Positions 41,430 to 56,100 of a stretch of DNA of 64,000 bases are shown piece by piece. The DNA lies in NCBI GenBank assembly GCA_040954595.2, contig CM082591.2:11425309-11489308 (forward strand), given 5' to 3'. The notes under the pieces were generated by a model, which was not told the origin of the DNA, did no database searches, and saw only the letters and a program-made list of their open reading frames with translations. This stretch comes from Balanoglossus misakiensis (lineage: Eukaryota; Animalia; Hemichordata). Position numbers and translations under genes: made by a program. How positions within the stretch are numbered: the stretch's first letter is position 1; each line of letters begins with the position of its first letter.

Positions 41430-44400
41430 ATAACGAGGCTGTGTTTGGAAGCAACCATGGAAATTTTAGAACTATCCGTCGATCTACTGAGTCTAGTGGA
41501 AAACTTTCTGATGCGCATAGGCCTATCACGTGTTTTGCGCATCACAACAGAATTAAATTAATAAACGTAGCTGTGTTTGGAAGCAACCATGGAAATTTTA
41601 GAACTATCCGTCGATCTACTGAGTCTAGTGGAAAACTTTCTTATGCGCATAGGCCTATCATGTGTTTTGCGCATCACAACAGAATTAAATTAATAAACGT
41701 AGCTGTGTTTGGAAGCAACCATGGAAATGTTAGAACTATCCGTCGATCTACTGAGTCTAGTGGAAAACTTTCTTATGCGCATAGGCCTATCATGTGTTTT
41801 GCGCATCACAACAGAATTAAATTAATAAACGTGGCTGTGTTTGGAAGCAACCATGAAAATTTTAGAACTATCCGTCGATCTACTGAGTCTAGTGGACAAC
41901 TTTCTTATGCGCATAGGCCTATCATGTGTTTTGCGCATCACAAAAGAACTCGGTAAATAAACGAGGATGTGTTTGGAAGCATCCATGGAAATTCTAGAAC
42001 TATCTGTCGATCTGCGGAGTCTATCAGAAAACTTTCTCATGCGCATAGGTCTATCGTGTGTTCTGCGAATCACAACAGATTTCCTCAAATAAACGAGGCT
42101 GTGTTTGGAAGCATTCATGGAAATTTTAGAACTATCCGTCGATCTACAGAGTCCATCAGAAAACTTTCTCATGCGCATAGGTCTATCGTGTATTCTGCGC
42201 ATCACAACAGATTTCCTTAAATAACGAGGCTGTGTTTGGAAGCAACCATGGAAATTTTAGAACTATCCGTCGATCTACTGAGTCTAGTGGAAAACTTTCT
42301 TATGCGCATAGGCCTATCATGTGTTTTGCGCATCACAACAGAATTAAATTAATAAACGTAGCTGTGTTTGGAAGCAACCATGGAAATTTTAGAACTATCC
42401 GTCGATCTCCTGAGTCTAGTGGAAAACTTTCTTATGCGCATAGGCCTATCATGTGTTCTGCGCATCACAACAGAATTTTGTAAACAAACAAGGCAACCAT
42501 GGAAACTTTAGAACTATCCGTCGATCTACAGAGTCTAGTGGAAAACTTTCTTATCCTCATAGGCCTATCATGTGTTCTGCGCATCACAACAGAATTTTGT
42601 AAACAAACAAGGCTGTGTTTGGAAGCAACCATGGAAACTTTAGAACTATCCGTCAATCTACAGAGTCTAGTGGAAAACTTTCTTATCCTCATAGGCCTAT
42701 CATGTGTTCTGCGCATCACAACAGAATTTTGTAAACAAACAAGGCAACCATGGAAACTTTAGAACTATCCGTCGATCTACAGAGTCTAGTGGAAAACTTT
42801 CTTATGCGCATAGGCCTATCATGTGTTCTGCGCATCACAACAGAATTTTGTAAACAAACGTTGCTGTGTTTGGAAGCAACCATGGAAACTTTAGAACTAT
42901 CCGTCGATCTACAGAGTCTATCAGTAAACTTTCTCATGCGCATAGGTCTATCGTGTGTTCTGCGCATCACAACATATTACCTTAAATAAACGAGGCTGTG
43001 TTTGGAAGCAACCATGGAAATTTTAGAACTATCCGTCGATCTACTGAGTCTAGTGGAAAACTTTCTGATGCGCATAGGCCTATCACGTGTTTTGCGCATC
43101 ACAACAGAATTAAATTAATAAACGTAGCTGTGTTTGGAAGCAACCATGGAAATTTTAGAACTATCCGTCGATCTACTGAGTCTAGTGGAAAACTTTCTTA
43201 TGCGCATAGGCCTATCATGTGTTTTGCGCATCACAACAGAATTAAATTAATAAACGTAGCTGTGTTTGGAAGCAACCATGGAAATGTTAGAACTATCCGT
43301 CGATCTACTGAGTCTAGTGGAAAACTTTCTTATGCGCATAGGCCTATCATGTGTTTTGCGCATCACAACAGAATTAAATTAATAAACGTGGCTGTGTTTG
43401 GAAGCAACCATGAAAATTTTAGAACTATCCGTCGATCTACTGAGTCTAGTGGACAACTTTCTTATGCGCATAGGCCTATCATGTGTTTTGCGCATCACAA
43501 AAGAACTCGGTAAATAAACGAGGATGTGTTTGGAAGCATCCATGGAAATTCTAGAACTATCTGTCGATCTGCGGAGTCTATCAGAAAACTTTCTCATGCG
43601 CATAGGTCTATCGTGTGTTCTGCGAATCACAACAGATTTCCTCAAATAAACGAGGCTGTGTTTGGAAGCATTCATGGAAATTTTAGAACTATCCGTCGAT
43701 CTACAGAGTCCATCAGAAAACTTTCTCATGCGCATAGGTCTATCGTGTATTCTGCGCATCACAACAGATTTCCTTAAATAACGAGGCTGTGTTTGGAAGC
43801 AACCATGGAAATTTTAGAACTATCCGTCGATCTACTGAGTCTAGTGGAAAACTTTCTTATGCGCATAGGCCTATCATGTGTTTTGCGCATCACAACAGAA
43901 TTAAATTAATAAACGTAGCTGTGTTTGGAAGCAACCATGGAAATTTTAGAACTATCCGTCGATCTACTGAGTCTAGTGGAAAACTTTCTTATGCGCATAG
44001 GCCTATCATGTGTTCTGCGCATCACAACAGAATTTTGTAAACAAACAAGGCAACCATGGAAACTTTAGAACTATCCGTCGATCTACAGAGTCTAGTGGAA
44101 AACTTTCTTATCCTCATAGGCCTATCATGTGTTCTGCGCATCACAACAGAATTTTGTAAACAAACAAGGCTGTGTTTGGAAGCAACCATGGAAACTTTAG
44201 AACTATCCGTCAATCTACAGAGTCTAGTGGAAAACTTTCTTATCCTCATAGGCCTATCATGTGTTCTGCGCATCACAACAGAATTTTGTAAACAAACAAG
44301 GCAACCATGGAAACTTTAGAACTATCCGTCGATCTACAGAGTCTAGTGGAAAACTTTCTTATGCGCATAGGCCTATCATGTGTTCTGCGCATCACAACAG

Positions 44401-44590
44401 AATTTTGTAAACAAACGTGGCTGTGTTTGGAAGCAACCATAGAAACTTTAGAACTATCCGTCGATCTACAGAGTCTATCAGTAAACTTTCTCATGCGCAT
44501 AGGTCTATCGTGTGTTCTGCGCATCACAACATATTTCCTTAAATAAACGAGGCTGTGTTTGGAAGCAACCATGGAAATTTTAGAACTATC
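41430..44590 (+). repeat. 12-monomer HOR, period 1557 bp (2 copies; each contains two 119-bp monomers)
   Basis: ORF pairs 41441/42998, 41969/43526 and 42499/44056 are offset by 1557 = 12x132 - 26 - 1. Confidence 0.9.
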
Positions 44591-45134
44591 CATCGATCTA
44601 CTGAGTCTAGTCGAAAACTTTCTTATGCGCATAGGCATATCTATGTGTTCTGCGCATCACAACAGAATTCGGTAAATAAACGAGGGTGTGTTTGGAAGCA
44701 ACCATGGAAATTTTAGAACTATCCGTCCATCTACAGAGTCTAGTGGAAAACTTTCTTATGCGCATAGGCTTATCTATGTGTTCTACGCATCTCAACAGAA
44801 TTCGGTAAATAAACGAGGCTGTGTTTGGAAGCAACCATGGAAATTTTAGAACTATCCGTCCATCTACAGAGTCTAGTGGAAAACTTCCTTATGCGCTTAG
44901 GCCTATCATGTGTCCTGCGCATCACAACAGAATTCAATTAATAAACGTGGCTGTGTTTGGAAGCAACCATGGAAATTTTAGAACTATCCGTCGATCTACA
45001 GAGTGTAGTCGAAAACTTTCTTATGCGCATAGACCTATCATGTGTTCTGCGCATCACAACAGAATTTTGTAAACAAACGAGGCTGTGTTTGGAAGCAACC
45101 ATGGAAACTTTAGAACTACCCGTCGATCAACAGA

Positions 45135-47955
45135 GTCCAGTGGAAAACTTTCTTATGCGCATAGACCTATCTATCATATGTTCTGCGCATCACAACAGAA
45201 TTTTGTAAACAAACGAGGCTGTGTTTGGAAGCAACCATGGAAACTTTAGAACTATCCGTCGATCTACAGAGTCTAGTGGAAAACTTTTTTATGCGCATAG
45301 GCCTATCATGTATTCTGCGCATCACAACAGATTTCCTTAAATAACGAGGCTGTGTTTGTAAGCAACCATGGAAATTTTAGAACTATCCGTCGATCTACTG
45401 AGTCTAGTGGAAAACTTTCTTATGCGCATAGGCCTATCATGTGTTTTGCGCATCACAACAGAATTAAATGATTAAACGTAGCTGTGTTTGGAAGCAACCA
45501 TGGAAATTTTAGAACTATCCGTCGATCTACTGAGTCTAGTGGAAAACTTTCTTATGCGCATAGGCCTATCATGTGTTTTGCGCATCACAACAGAATTAAA
45601 TTAATAAACGTAGCTGTGTTTGGAAGCAACCATGGAAATGTTAGAACTATCCGTCGATCTACTGAGTCTAGTGGAAAACTTTCTTATGCGCATAGGCCTA
45701 TCATGTGTTTTGCGCATCACAACAGAATTAAATTAATAAACGTGGCTGTGTTTGGAAGCAACCATGAAAATTTTAGAACTATCCGTCGATCTACTGAGTC
45801 TAGTGGACAACTTTCTTATGTGCATAGGCCTATCATGTGTTTTGCGCATCACAAAAGAACTCGGTAAATAAACGAGGATGTGTTTGGAAGCATCCATGGA
45901 AATTCTATAACTATCTGTCGATCTGCGGAGTCTATCAGAAAACTTTCTCATGCGCATAGGTCTATCGTGTGTTCTGCGAATCACAACAGATTTCCTCAAA
46001 TAAACGAGGCTGTGTTTGGAAGCATTCATGGAAATTTTAGAACTATCCGTCGATCTACAGAGTCCATCAGAAAACTTTCTCATGCGCATAGGTCTATCGT
46101 GTATTCTGCGCATCACAACAGATTTCCTTAAATAACGAGGCTGTGTTTGGAAGCAACCATGGAAATTTTAGAACTATCCGTCGATCTACTGAGTCTAGTG
46201 GAAAACTTTCTTATGCGCATAGGCCTATCATGTGTTTTGCGCATCACAACAGAATTAAATTAATAAACGTAGCTGTGTTTGGAAGCAACCATGGAAATTT
46301 TAGAACTATCCGTCGATCTACTGAGTCTAGTGGAAAACTTTCTTATGCGCATAGGCCTATCATGTGTTCTGCGCATCACAACAGAATTTTGTAAACAAAC
46401 GTGGCTGTGTTCTGAAGCAACCATGGAAATTTTAGAACTATCCATCGATCTACTGAGTCTAGTGGAAAACTTTCTTATGCGCATAGGCCTATCATGTGTT
46501 CTGCGCATCACAACAGAATTTTGTAAACAAACGTGGCTGTGTTCTGAAGCAACCATGGAAATTTTAGAACTATCCATCGATCTACTGAGTCCAGTGGAAA
46601 ACTTTCTTATGCGCATAGACCTATCTATCATATGTTCTGCGCATCACAACAGAATTTTGTAAACAAACGAGGCTGTGTTTGGAAGCAACCATGGAAACTT
46701 TAGAACTATCCGTCGATCTACAGAGTCTAGTGGAAAACTTTTTTATGCGCATAGGCCTATCATGTATTCTGCGCATCACAACAGATTTCCTTAAATAACG
46801 AGGCTGTGTTTGTAAGCAACCATGGAAATTTTAGAACTATCCGTCGATCTACTGAGTCTAGTGGAAAACTTTCTTATGCGCATAGGCCTATCATGTGTTT
46901 TGCGCATCACAACAGAATTAAATTAATAAACGTAGCTGTGTTTGGAAGCAACCATGGAAATTTTAGAACTATCCGTCGATCTACTGAGTCTAGTGGAAAA
47001 CTTTCTTATGCGCATAGGCCTATCATGTGTTTTGCGCATCACAACAGAATTAAATTAATAAACGTAGCTGTGTTTGGAAGCAACCATGGAAATGTTAGAA
47101 CTATCCGTCGATCTACTGAGTCTAGTGGAAAACTTTCTTATGCGCATAGGCCTATCATGTGTTTTGCGCATCACAACAGAATTAAATTAATAAACGTGGC
47201 TGTGTTTGGAAGCAACCATGAAAATTTTAGAACTATCCGTCGATCTACTGAGTCTAGTGGACAACTTTCTTATGTGCATAGGCCTATCATGTGTTTTGCG
47301 CATCACAAAAGAACTCGGTAAATAAACGAGGATGTGTTTGGAAGCATCCATGGAAATTCTATAACTATCTGTCGATCTGCGGAGTCTATCAGAAAACTTT
47401 CTCATGCGCATAGGTCTATCGTGTGTTCTGCGAATCACAACAGATTTCCTCAAATAAACGAGGCTGTGTTTGGAAGCATTCATGGAAATTTTAGAACTAT
47501 CCGTCGATCTACAGAGTCCATCAGAAAACTTTCTCATGCGCATAGGTCTATCGTGTATTCTGCGCATCACAACAGATTTCCTTAAATAACGAGGCTGTGT
47601 TTGGAAGCAACCATGGAAATTTTAGAACTATCCGTCGATCTACTGAGTCTAGTGGAAAACTTTCTTATACGCATAGGCCTATCATGTGTTTTGCGCATCA
47701 CAACAGAATTAAATTAATAAACGTAGCTGTGTTTGGAAGCAACCATGGAAATTTTAGAACTATCCGTCGATCTACTGAGTCTAGTGGAAAACTTTCTTAT
47801 GCGCATAGGCCTATCATGTGTTCTGCGCATCACAACAGAATTTTGTAAACAAACGTGGCTGTGTTCTGAAGCAACCATGGAAATTTTAGAACTATCCATC
47901 GATCTACTGAGTCTAGTGGAAAACTTTCTTATGCGCATAGGCCTATCATGTGTTT
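45135..47955 (+). repeat. 11-monomer HOR, period 1454 bp (~2 copies)
   Basis: ORF pairs 45733/47187 and 45880/47334 are offset by 1454. Both copies share the 4-bp slippage GACCTATCTATCATATG (~45164, ~46618) and TTTGTAAGC. Confidence 0.88.
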
Positions 47956-50900
47956 TGCGCATCACAACAGAATTAAATTAATAAACGTAGCTGTGTTTGG
48001 AAGCAACCATGGAAATTTTAGAACTATCCGTCGATCTACTGAGTCTAGTGGAAAACTTTCTTATGCGCATAGGCCTATCATGTGTTTTACGCATCACAAC
48101 AGAATTAAATTAATAAACCTGGCTGTGTTTGGAAGCAACCATGGAAATTTTAGAACTATCCGTCGATCTACTGAGTCTAGTGGAAAACTTTCTTATGCGC
48201 ATAGGCATATCATGTGTTCTGCGCATCACAACAGAATTTTGTAAACAAACGAGGATGTGTTTGGAAGCAACCATGGAAACTTTAGAACTATCCGTCAATC
48301 TACAGAGTCTAGTGGAAAACTTTCTTATCCTCATAGGCCTGTCATGTGTTCTGCGCATCACAACAGAATTTTGTAAACAAACAAGGCTGTGTTTGGAAGC
48401 AACCATGGAAACTTTAGAACTATCCGTCAATCTACAGAGTCTAGTGGAAAACTTTCTTATCCTCATAGGCCTATCATGTGTTCTGCGCATCACAACAGAA
48501 TTTTGTAAACAAACAAGGCAACCATGGAAACTTTAGAACTATCCGTCGATCTACAGAGTCTAGTGGAAAACTTTCTTATGCGCATAGGCCTATCATGTGT
48601 TCTGCGCATCACAACAGAATTTTGTAAACAAACGTGGCTGTGTTTGGAAGCAACCATGGAAACTTTAGAACTATCCGTCGATCTACAGAGTCTATCAGTA
48701 AACTTTCTCATGCGCATAGGTCTATCGTGTGTTCTGCGCATCACAACATATTTCCTTAAATAAACGAGGCTGTGTTTGGAAGCAACCATGGAAATTTTAG
48801 AACTATCCATCGATCTACTGAGTCTAGTCGAAAACTTTCTTATGCGCATAGGCATATATATGTGTTCTGCGCATCACAACAGAATTCGGTAAATAAACGA
48901 GGGTGTGTTTGGAAGCAACCATGGAAATTTTAGAACTATCCGTCCATCTACAGAGTCTAGTGGAAAACTTTCTTATGCGCATAGGCTTATCTATGTGTTC
49001 TACGCATCTCAACAGAATTCGGTAAATAAACGAGGCTGTGTTTGGAAGCAACCATGGAAATTTTAGAACTATCCGTCCATCTACAGAGTCTAGTGGAAAA
49101 CTTCCTTATGCGCTTAGGCCTATCATGTGTCCTGCGCATCACAACAGAATTCAATTAATAAACGTGGCTGTGTTTGGAAGCAACCATGGAAATTTTAGAA
49201 CTATCCGTCGATCTACAGAGTGTAGTCGAAAACTTTCTTATGCGCATAGACCTATCATGTGTTCTGCGCATCACAACAGAATTTTGTAAACAAACGAGGC
49301 TGTGTTTGGAAGCAACCATGGAAACTTTAGAACTACCCGTCGATCTACAGAGTCCAGTGGAAAACTTTCTTATGCGCATAGACCTATCATATGTTCTGCG
49401 CATCACAACAGAATTTTGTAAACAAACGAGGCTGTGTTTGGAAGCAACCATGGAAACTTTAGAACTATCCGTCGATCTACTGAGTCTAGTGGAAAACTTT
49501 CTTATGCGCATAGGCCTATCATGTATTCTGCGCATCACAACAGATTTCCTTAAATAACGAGGCTGTGTTTGGAAGCAACCATGGAAATTTTAGAACTATC
49601 CGTCGATCTACTGAGTGTAGTGGAAAACTTTCTTATGCACATAGGCCTATCATGTGTTTTGCGCATCACAACAGAATTAAATTAATAAACGTAGCTGTGT
49701 GTGGAAGCAACCATGGAAATTTTAGAACTATCCGTCGATCTACTGAGTCTAGTGGAAAACTTTCTTATGCGCATAGGCCTATCATGTGTTCTGCGCATCA
49801 CAACAGAATTTTGTAAACAAACGTGGCTGTGTTTGGAAGCAACCATGGAAATTTTAGAACTATCCATCGATCTACTGAGTCTAGTGGAAAACTTTCTTAT
49901 GCGCATAGGCCTATCATGTGTTTTGCGCATCACAACAGAATTAAATTAATAAACGTAGCTGTGTTTGGAAGCAACCATGGAAATTTTAGAACTATCCGTC
50001 GATCTACTGAGTCTAGTGGAAAACTTTCTTATGCGCATAGGCCTATCATGTGTTTTACGCATCACAACAGAATTAAATTAATAAACGTGGCTGTGTTTGG
50101 AAGCAACCATGGAAATTTTAGAACTATCCGTCGATCTACTGAGTCTAGTGGAAAACTTTCTTATGCGCATAGGCATATCATGTGTTCTGCGCATCACAAC
50201 AGAATTTTGTAAACAAACGAGGATGTGTTTGGAAGCAACCATGGAAACTTTAGAACTATCCGTCAATCTACAGAGTCTAGTGGAAAACTTTCTTATCCTC
50301 ATAGGCCTATCATGTGTTCTGCGCATCACAACAGAATTTTGTAAACAAACGTGGCTGTGTTTGGAAGCAACCATGGAAACTTTAGAACTATCCGTCGATC
50401 TACAGAGTCTATCAGTAAACTTTCTCATGCGCATAGGTCTATCGTGTGTTCTGCGCATCACAACATATTTCCTTAAATAAACGAGGCTGTGTTTGGAAGC
50501 AACCATGGAAATTTTAGAACTATCCATCGATCTACTGAGTCTAGTCGAAAACTTTCTTATGCGCATAGGCATATCTATGTGTTCTGCGCATCACAACAGA
50601 ATTCGGTAAATAAACGAGGGTGTGTTTGGAAGCAACCATGGAAATTTTAGAACTATCCGTCCATCTACAGAGTCTAGTGGAAAACTTTCTTATGCGCATA
50701 GGCTTATCTATGTGTTCTACGCATCTCAACAGAATTCGGTAAATAAACGAGGCTGTGTTTGGAAGCAACCATGGAAATTTTAGAACTATCCGTCCATCTA
50801 CAGAGTCTAGTGGAAAACTTCCTTATGCGCTTAGGCCTATCATGTGTCCTGCGCATCACAACAGAATTCAATTAATAAACGTGGCTGTGTTTGGAAGCAA

Positions 50901-53150
50901 CCATGGAAATTTTAGAACTATCCGTCGATCTACAGAGTGTAGTCGAAAACTTTCTTATGCGCATAGACCTATCATGTGTTCTGCGCATCACAACAGAATT
51001 TTGTAAACAAACGAGGCTGTGTTTGGAAGCAACCATGGAAACTTTAGAACTACCCGTCGATCTACAGAGTCCAGTGGAAAACTTTCTTATGCGCATAGAC
51101 CTATCATATGTTCTGCGCATCACAACAGAATTTTGTAAACAAACGAGGCTGTGTTTGGAAGCAACCATGGAAACTTTAGAACTATCCGTCGATCTACTGA
51201 GTCTAGTGGAAAACTTTCTTATGCGCATAGGCCTATCATGTATTCTGCGCATCACAACAGATTTCCTTAAATAACGAGGCTGTGTTTGGAAGCAACCATG
51301 GAAATTTTAGAACTATCCGTCGATCTACTGAGTGTAGTGGAAAACTTTCTTATGCACATAGGCCTATCATGTGTTTTGCGCATCACAACAGAATTAAATT
51401 AATAAACGTAGCTGTGTGTGGAAGCAACCATGGAAATTTTAGAACTATCCGTCGATCTACTGAGTCTAGTGGAAAACTTTCTTATGCGCATAGGCCTATC
51501 ATGTGTTCTGCGCATCACAACAGAATTTTGTAAACAAACGTGGCTGTGTTTGGAAGCAACCATGGAAATTTTAGAACTATCCATCGATCTACTGAGTCTA
51601 GTGGAAAACTTTCTTATGCGCATAGGCCTATCATGTGTTTTGCGCATCACAACAGAATTAAATTAATAAACGTAGCTGTGTTTGGAAGCAACCATGGAAA
51701 TTTTAGAACTATCCGTCGATCTACTGAGTCTAGTGGAAAACTTTCTTATGCGCATAGGCCTATCATGTGTTTTACGCATCACAACAGAATTAAATTAATA
51801 AACGTGGCTGTGTTTGGAAGCAACCATGGAAATTTTAGAACTATCCGTCGATCTACTGAGTCTAGTGGAAAACTTTCTTATGCGCATAGGCATATCATGT
51901 GTTCTGCGCATCACAACAGAATTTTGTAAACAAACGAGGATGTGTTTGGAAGCAACCATGGAAACTTTAGAACTATCCGTCAATCTACAGAGTCTAGTGG
52001 AAAACTTTCTTATCCTCATAGGCCTATCATGTGTTCTGCGCATCACAACAGAATTTTGTAAACAAACAAGGCTGTGTTTGGAAGCAACCATGGAAACTTT
52101 AGAACTATCCGTCAATCTACAGAGTCTAGTGGAAAACTTTCTTATCCTCATAGGCCTATCATGTGTTCTGCGCATCACAACAGAATTTTGTAAACAAACA
52201 AGGCAACCATGGAAACTTTAGAACTATCCGTCGATCTACAGAGTCTAGTGGAAAACTTTCTTATGCGCATAGGCCTATCATGTGTTCTGCGCATCACAAC
52301 AGAATTTTGTAAACAAACGTGGCTGTGTTTGGAAGCAACCATGGAAACTTTAGAACTATCCGTCGATCTACAGAGTCTATCAGTAAACTTTCTCATGCGC
52401 ATAGGTCTATCGTGTGTTCTGCGCATCACAACATATTTCCTTAAATAAACGAGGCTGTGTTTGGAAGCAACCATGGAAATTTTAGAACTATCCATCGATC
52501 TACTGAGTCTAGTCGAAAACTTTCTTATGCGCATAGGCATATCTATGTGTTCTGCGCATCACAACAGAATTCGGTAAATAAACGAGGGTGTGTTTGGAAG
52601 CAACCATGGAAATTTTAGAACTATCCGTCCATCTACAGAGTCTAGTGGAAAACTTTCTTATGCGCATAGGCTTATCTATGTGTTCTACGCATCTCAACAG
52701 AATTCGGTAAATAAACGAGGCTGTGTTTGGAAGCAACCATGGAAATTTTAGAACTATCCGTCCATCTACAGAGTCTAGTGGAAAACTTCCTTATGCGCTT
52801 AGGCCTATCATGTGTCCTGCGCATCACAACAGAATTCAATTAATAAACGTGGCTGTGTTTGGAAGCAACCATGGAAATTTTAGAACTATCCGTCGATCTA
52901 CAGAGTGTAGTCGAAAACTTTCTTATGCGCATAGACCTATCAAGTGTTCTGCGCATCACAACAGAATTTTGTAAACAAACGAGGCTGTGTTTGGAAGCAA
53001 CCATGGAAACTTTAGAACTACCCGTCGATCTACAGAGTCCAGTGGAAAACTTTCTTATGCGCATAGACCTATCATATGTTCTGCGCATCACAACAGAATT
53101 TTGTAAACAAACGAGGCTGTGTTTGGAAGCAACCATGGAAACTTTAGAAC
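47860..53150 (+). repeat. Alternating 15-/13-monomer HOR (offsets 1968, 1717)
   Basis: ORF series 48110/50078/51795 and 49038/50755/52723. The marker GCATCTCAACAG occurs at ~49003, 50721 and 52689. Confidence 0.85.
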
Positions 53151-56100
53151 TATCCGTCGATCTACAGAGTCTAGTGGAAAACTTTTTTATGCGCATAGGC
53201 CTATCATGTATTCTGCGCATCACAACAGATTTCCTTAAATAACGAGGCTGTGTTTGGAAGCAACCATGGAAATTTTAGAACTATCCGTCGATCTACTGAG
53301 TCTAGTGGAAAACTTTCTTATGCGCATAGGCCTATCATGTGTTTTGCGCATCACAACAGAATTAAATTAATAAACGTAGCTGTGTGTGGAAGCAACCATG
53401 GAAATTTTAGAACTATCCGTCGATCTACTGAGTCTAGTGGAAAACTTTCTTATGCGCATAGGCCTATCATGTGTTTTGCGCATCACAACAGAATTAAATT
53501 AATAAACGTAGCTGTGTTTGGAAGCAACCATGGAAATGTTAGAACTATCCGTCGATCTACTGAGTCTAGTGGAAAACTTTCTTATGCGCATAGGCCTATC
53601 ATGTGTTTTGCGCATCACAACAGAATTAAATTAATAAACGTGGCTGTGTTTGGAAGCAACCATGAAAATTTTAGAACTATCCGTCGATCTACTGAGTCTA
53701 GTGGACAACTTTCTTATGCGCATAGGCCTATCATGTGTTTTGCGCATCACAAAAGAACTCGGTAAATAAACGAGGATGTGTTTGGAAGCATCCATGGAAA
53801 TTGTAGAACTATCTGTCGATCTGCGGAGTCTATCAGAAAACTTTCTCATGCGCATAGGTCTATCGTGTGTTCTGCGAATCACAACAGATTTCCTCAAATA
53901 AACGAGGCTGTGTTTGGAAGCATTCATGGAAATTTTAGAACTATCCGTCGATCTACAGAGTCCATCAGAAAACTTTCTCATGCGCATAGGTCTATCGTGT
54001 ATTCTGCGCATCACAACAGATTTCCTTAAATAACGAGGCTGTGTTTGGAAGCAACCATGGAAATTTTAGAACTAACCGTCGATCTACTGAGTCTAGTGGA
54101 AAACTTTCTTACGCGCATAGGCCTATCATGTGTTTTGCGCATCACAACAGAATTTTGTAAACAAACGAGGCTGTGTTTGGAAGCAACCATGGAAACTTTA
54201 GAACTATCCGTCGATCTACAGAGTCTAGTGGAAAACTTTTTTATGCGCATAGGCCTATCATGTATTCTGCGCATCACAACAGATTTCCTTAAATAACGAG
54301 GCTGTGTTTGGAAGCAACCATGGAAATTTTAGAACTATCCGTCGATCTACTGAGTCTAGTGGAAAACTTTCTTATGCGCATAGGCCTATCATGTGTTTTG
54401 CGCATCACAACAGAATTAAATTAATAAACGTAGCTGTGTTTGGAAGCAACCATGGAAACTTTAGAACTACCCGTCGATCTACAGAGTCCAGTGGAAAACT
54501 TTCTTATGCGCATAGACCTATCATATGTTCTGCGCATCACAACAGAATTTTGTAAACAAACGAGGCTGTGTTTGGAAGCAACCATGGAAACTTTAGAACT
54601 ATCCGTCGATCTACAGAGTCTAGTGGAAAACGTTTTTATGCGCATAGGCCTATCATGTATTCTGCGCATCACAACAGATTTCCTTAAATAACGAGGCTGT
54701 GTTTGGAAGCAACCATGGAAATTTTAGAACTATCCGTCGATCTACTGAGTCTAGTGGAAAACTTTCTTATGCGCATAGGCCTATCATGTGTTTTGCGCAT
54801 CACAACAGAATTAAATTAATAAACGTAGCTGTGTTTGGAAGCAACCATGGAAATTTTAGAACTATCCGTCGATCTACTGAGTCTAGTGGAAAACTTTCTT
54901 ATGCGCATAGGCCTATCATGTGTTTTGCGCATCACAACAGAATTAAATTAATAAACGTAGCTGTGTTTGGAAGCAACCATGGAAATGTTAGAACTATCCG
55001 TCGATCTACTGAGTCTAGTGGAAAACTTTCTTATGTGCATAGGCCTATCATGTGTTTTGCGCATCACAACAGAATTAAATTAATAAACGTGGCTGTGTTT
55101 GGAAGCAACCATGAAAATTTTAGAACTATCCGTCGATCTACTGAGTCTAGTGGACAACTTTCTTATGCGCATAGGCCTATCATGTGTTTTGCGCATCACA
55201 AAAGAACTCGGTAAATAAACGAGGATGTGTTTGGAAGCATCCATGGAAATTCTAGAACTATCTGTCGATCTGCGGAGTCTATCAGAAAACTTTCTCATGC
55301 GCATAGGTCTATCGTGTGTTCTGCGAATCACAACAGATTTCCTCAAATAAACGAGGCTGTGTTTGGAAGCATTCATGGAAATTTTAGAACTATCCGTCGA
55401 TCTACAGAGTCCATCAGAAAACTTTCTCATGCGCATAGGTCTATCGTGTATTCTGCGCATCACAACAGATTTCCTTAAATAACGAGGCTGTGTTTGGAAG
55501 CAACCATGGAAATTTTAGAACTAACCGTCGATCTACTGAGTCTAGTGGAAAACTTTCTTACGCGCATAGGCCTATCATGTGTTTTGCGCATCACAACAGA
55601 ATTTTGTAAACAAACGAGGCTGTGTTTGGAAGCAACCATGGAAACTTTAGAACTATCCGTCAATCTACAGAGTCTAGTGGAAAACTTTCTTATCCTCATA
55701 GGCCTATCATGTGTTCTGCGCATCACAACAGAATTTTGTAAACAAACAAGGCAACCATGGAAACTTTAGAACTATCCGTCGATCTACTGAGTCTAGTGGA
55801 AAACTTTCTTATGCGCATAGGCCTATCATGTGTTCTGCGCATCACAACAGAATTTTGTAAACAAACGTGGCTGTGTTTGGAAGCAACCATGGAAATTTTA
55901 GAACTATCCATCGATCTACTGAGTCTAGTGGAAAACTTTCTTATGCGCATAGGCCTATCATGTGTTTTGCGCATCACAACAGAATTAAATTAATAAACGT
56001 AGCTGTGTTTGGAAGCAACCATGGAAATTTTAGAACTATCCGTCGATCTACTGAGTCTAGTGGAAAACTTTCTTATGCGCATAGGCCTATCATGTGTTTT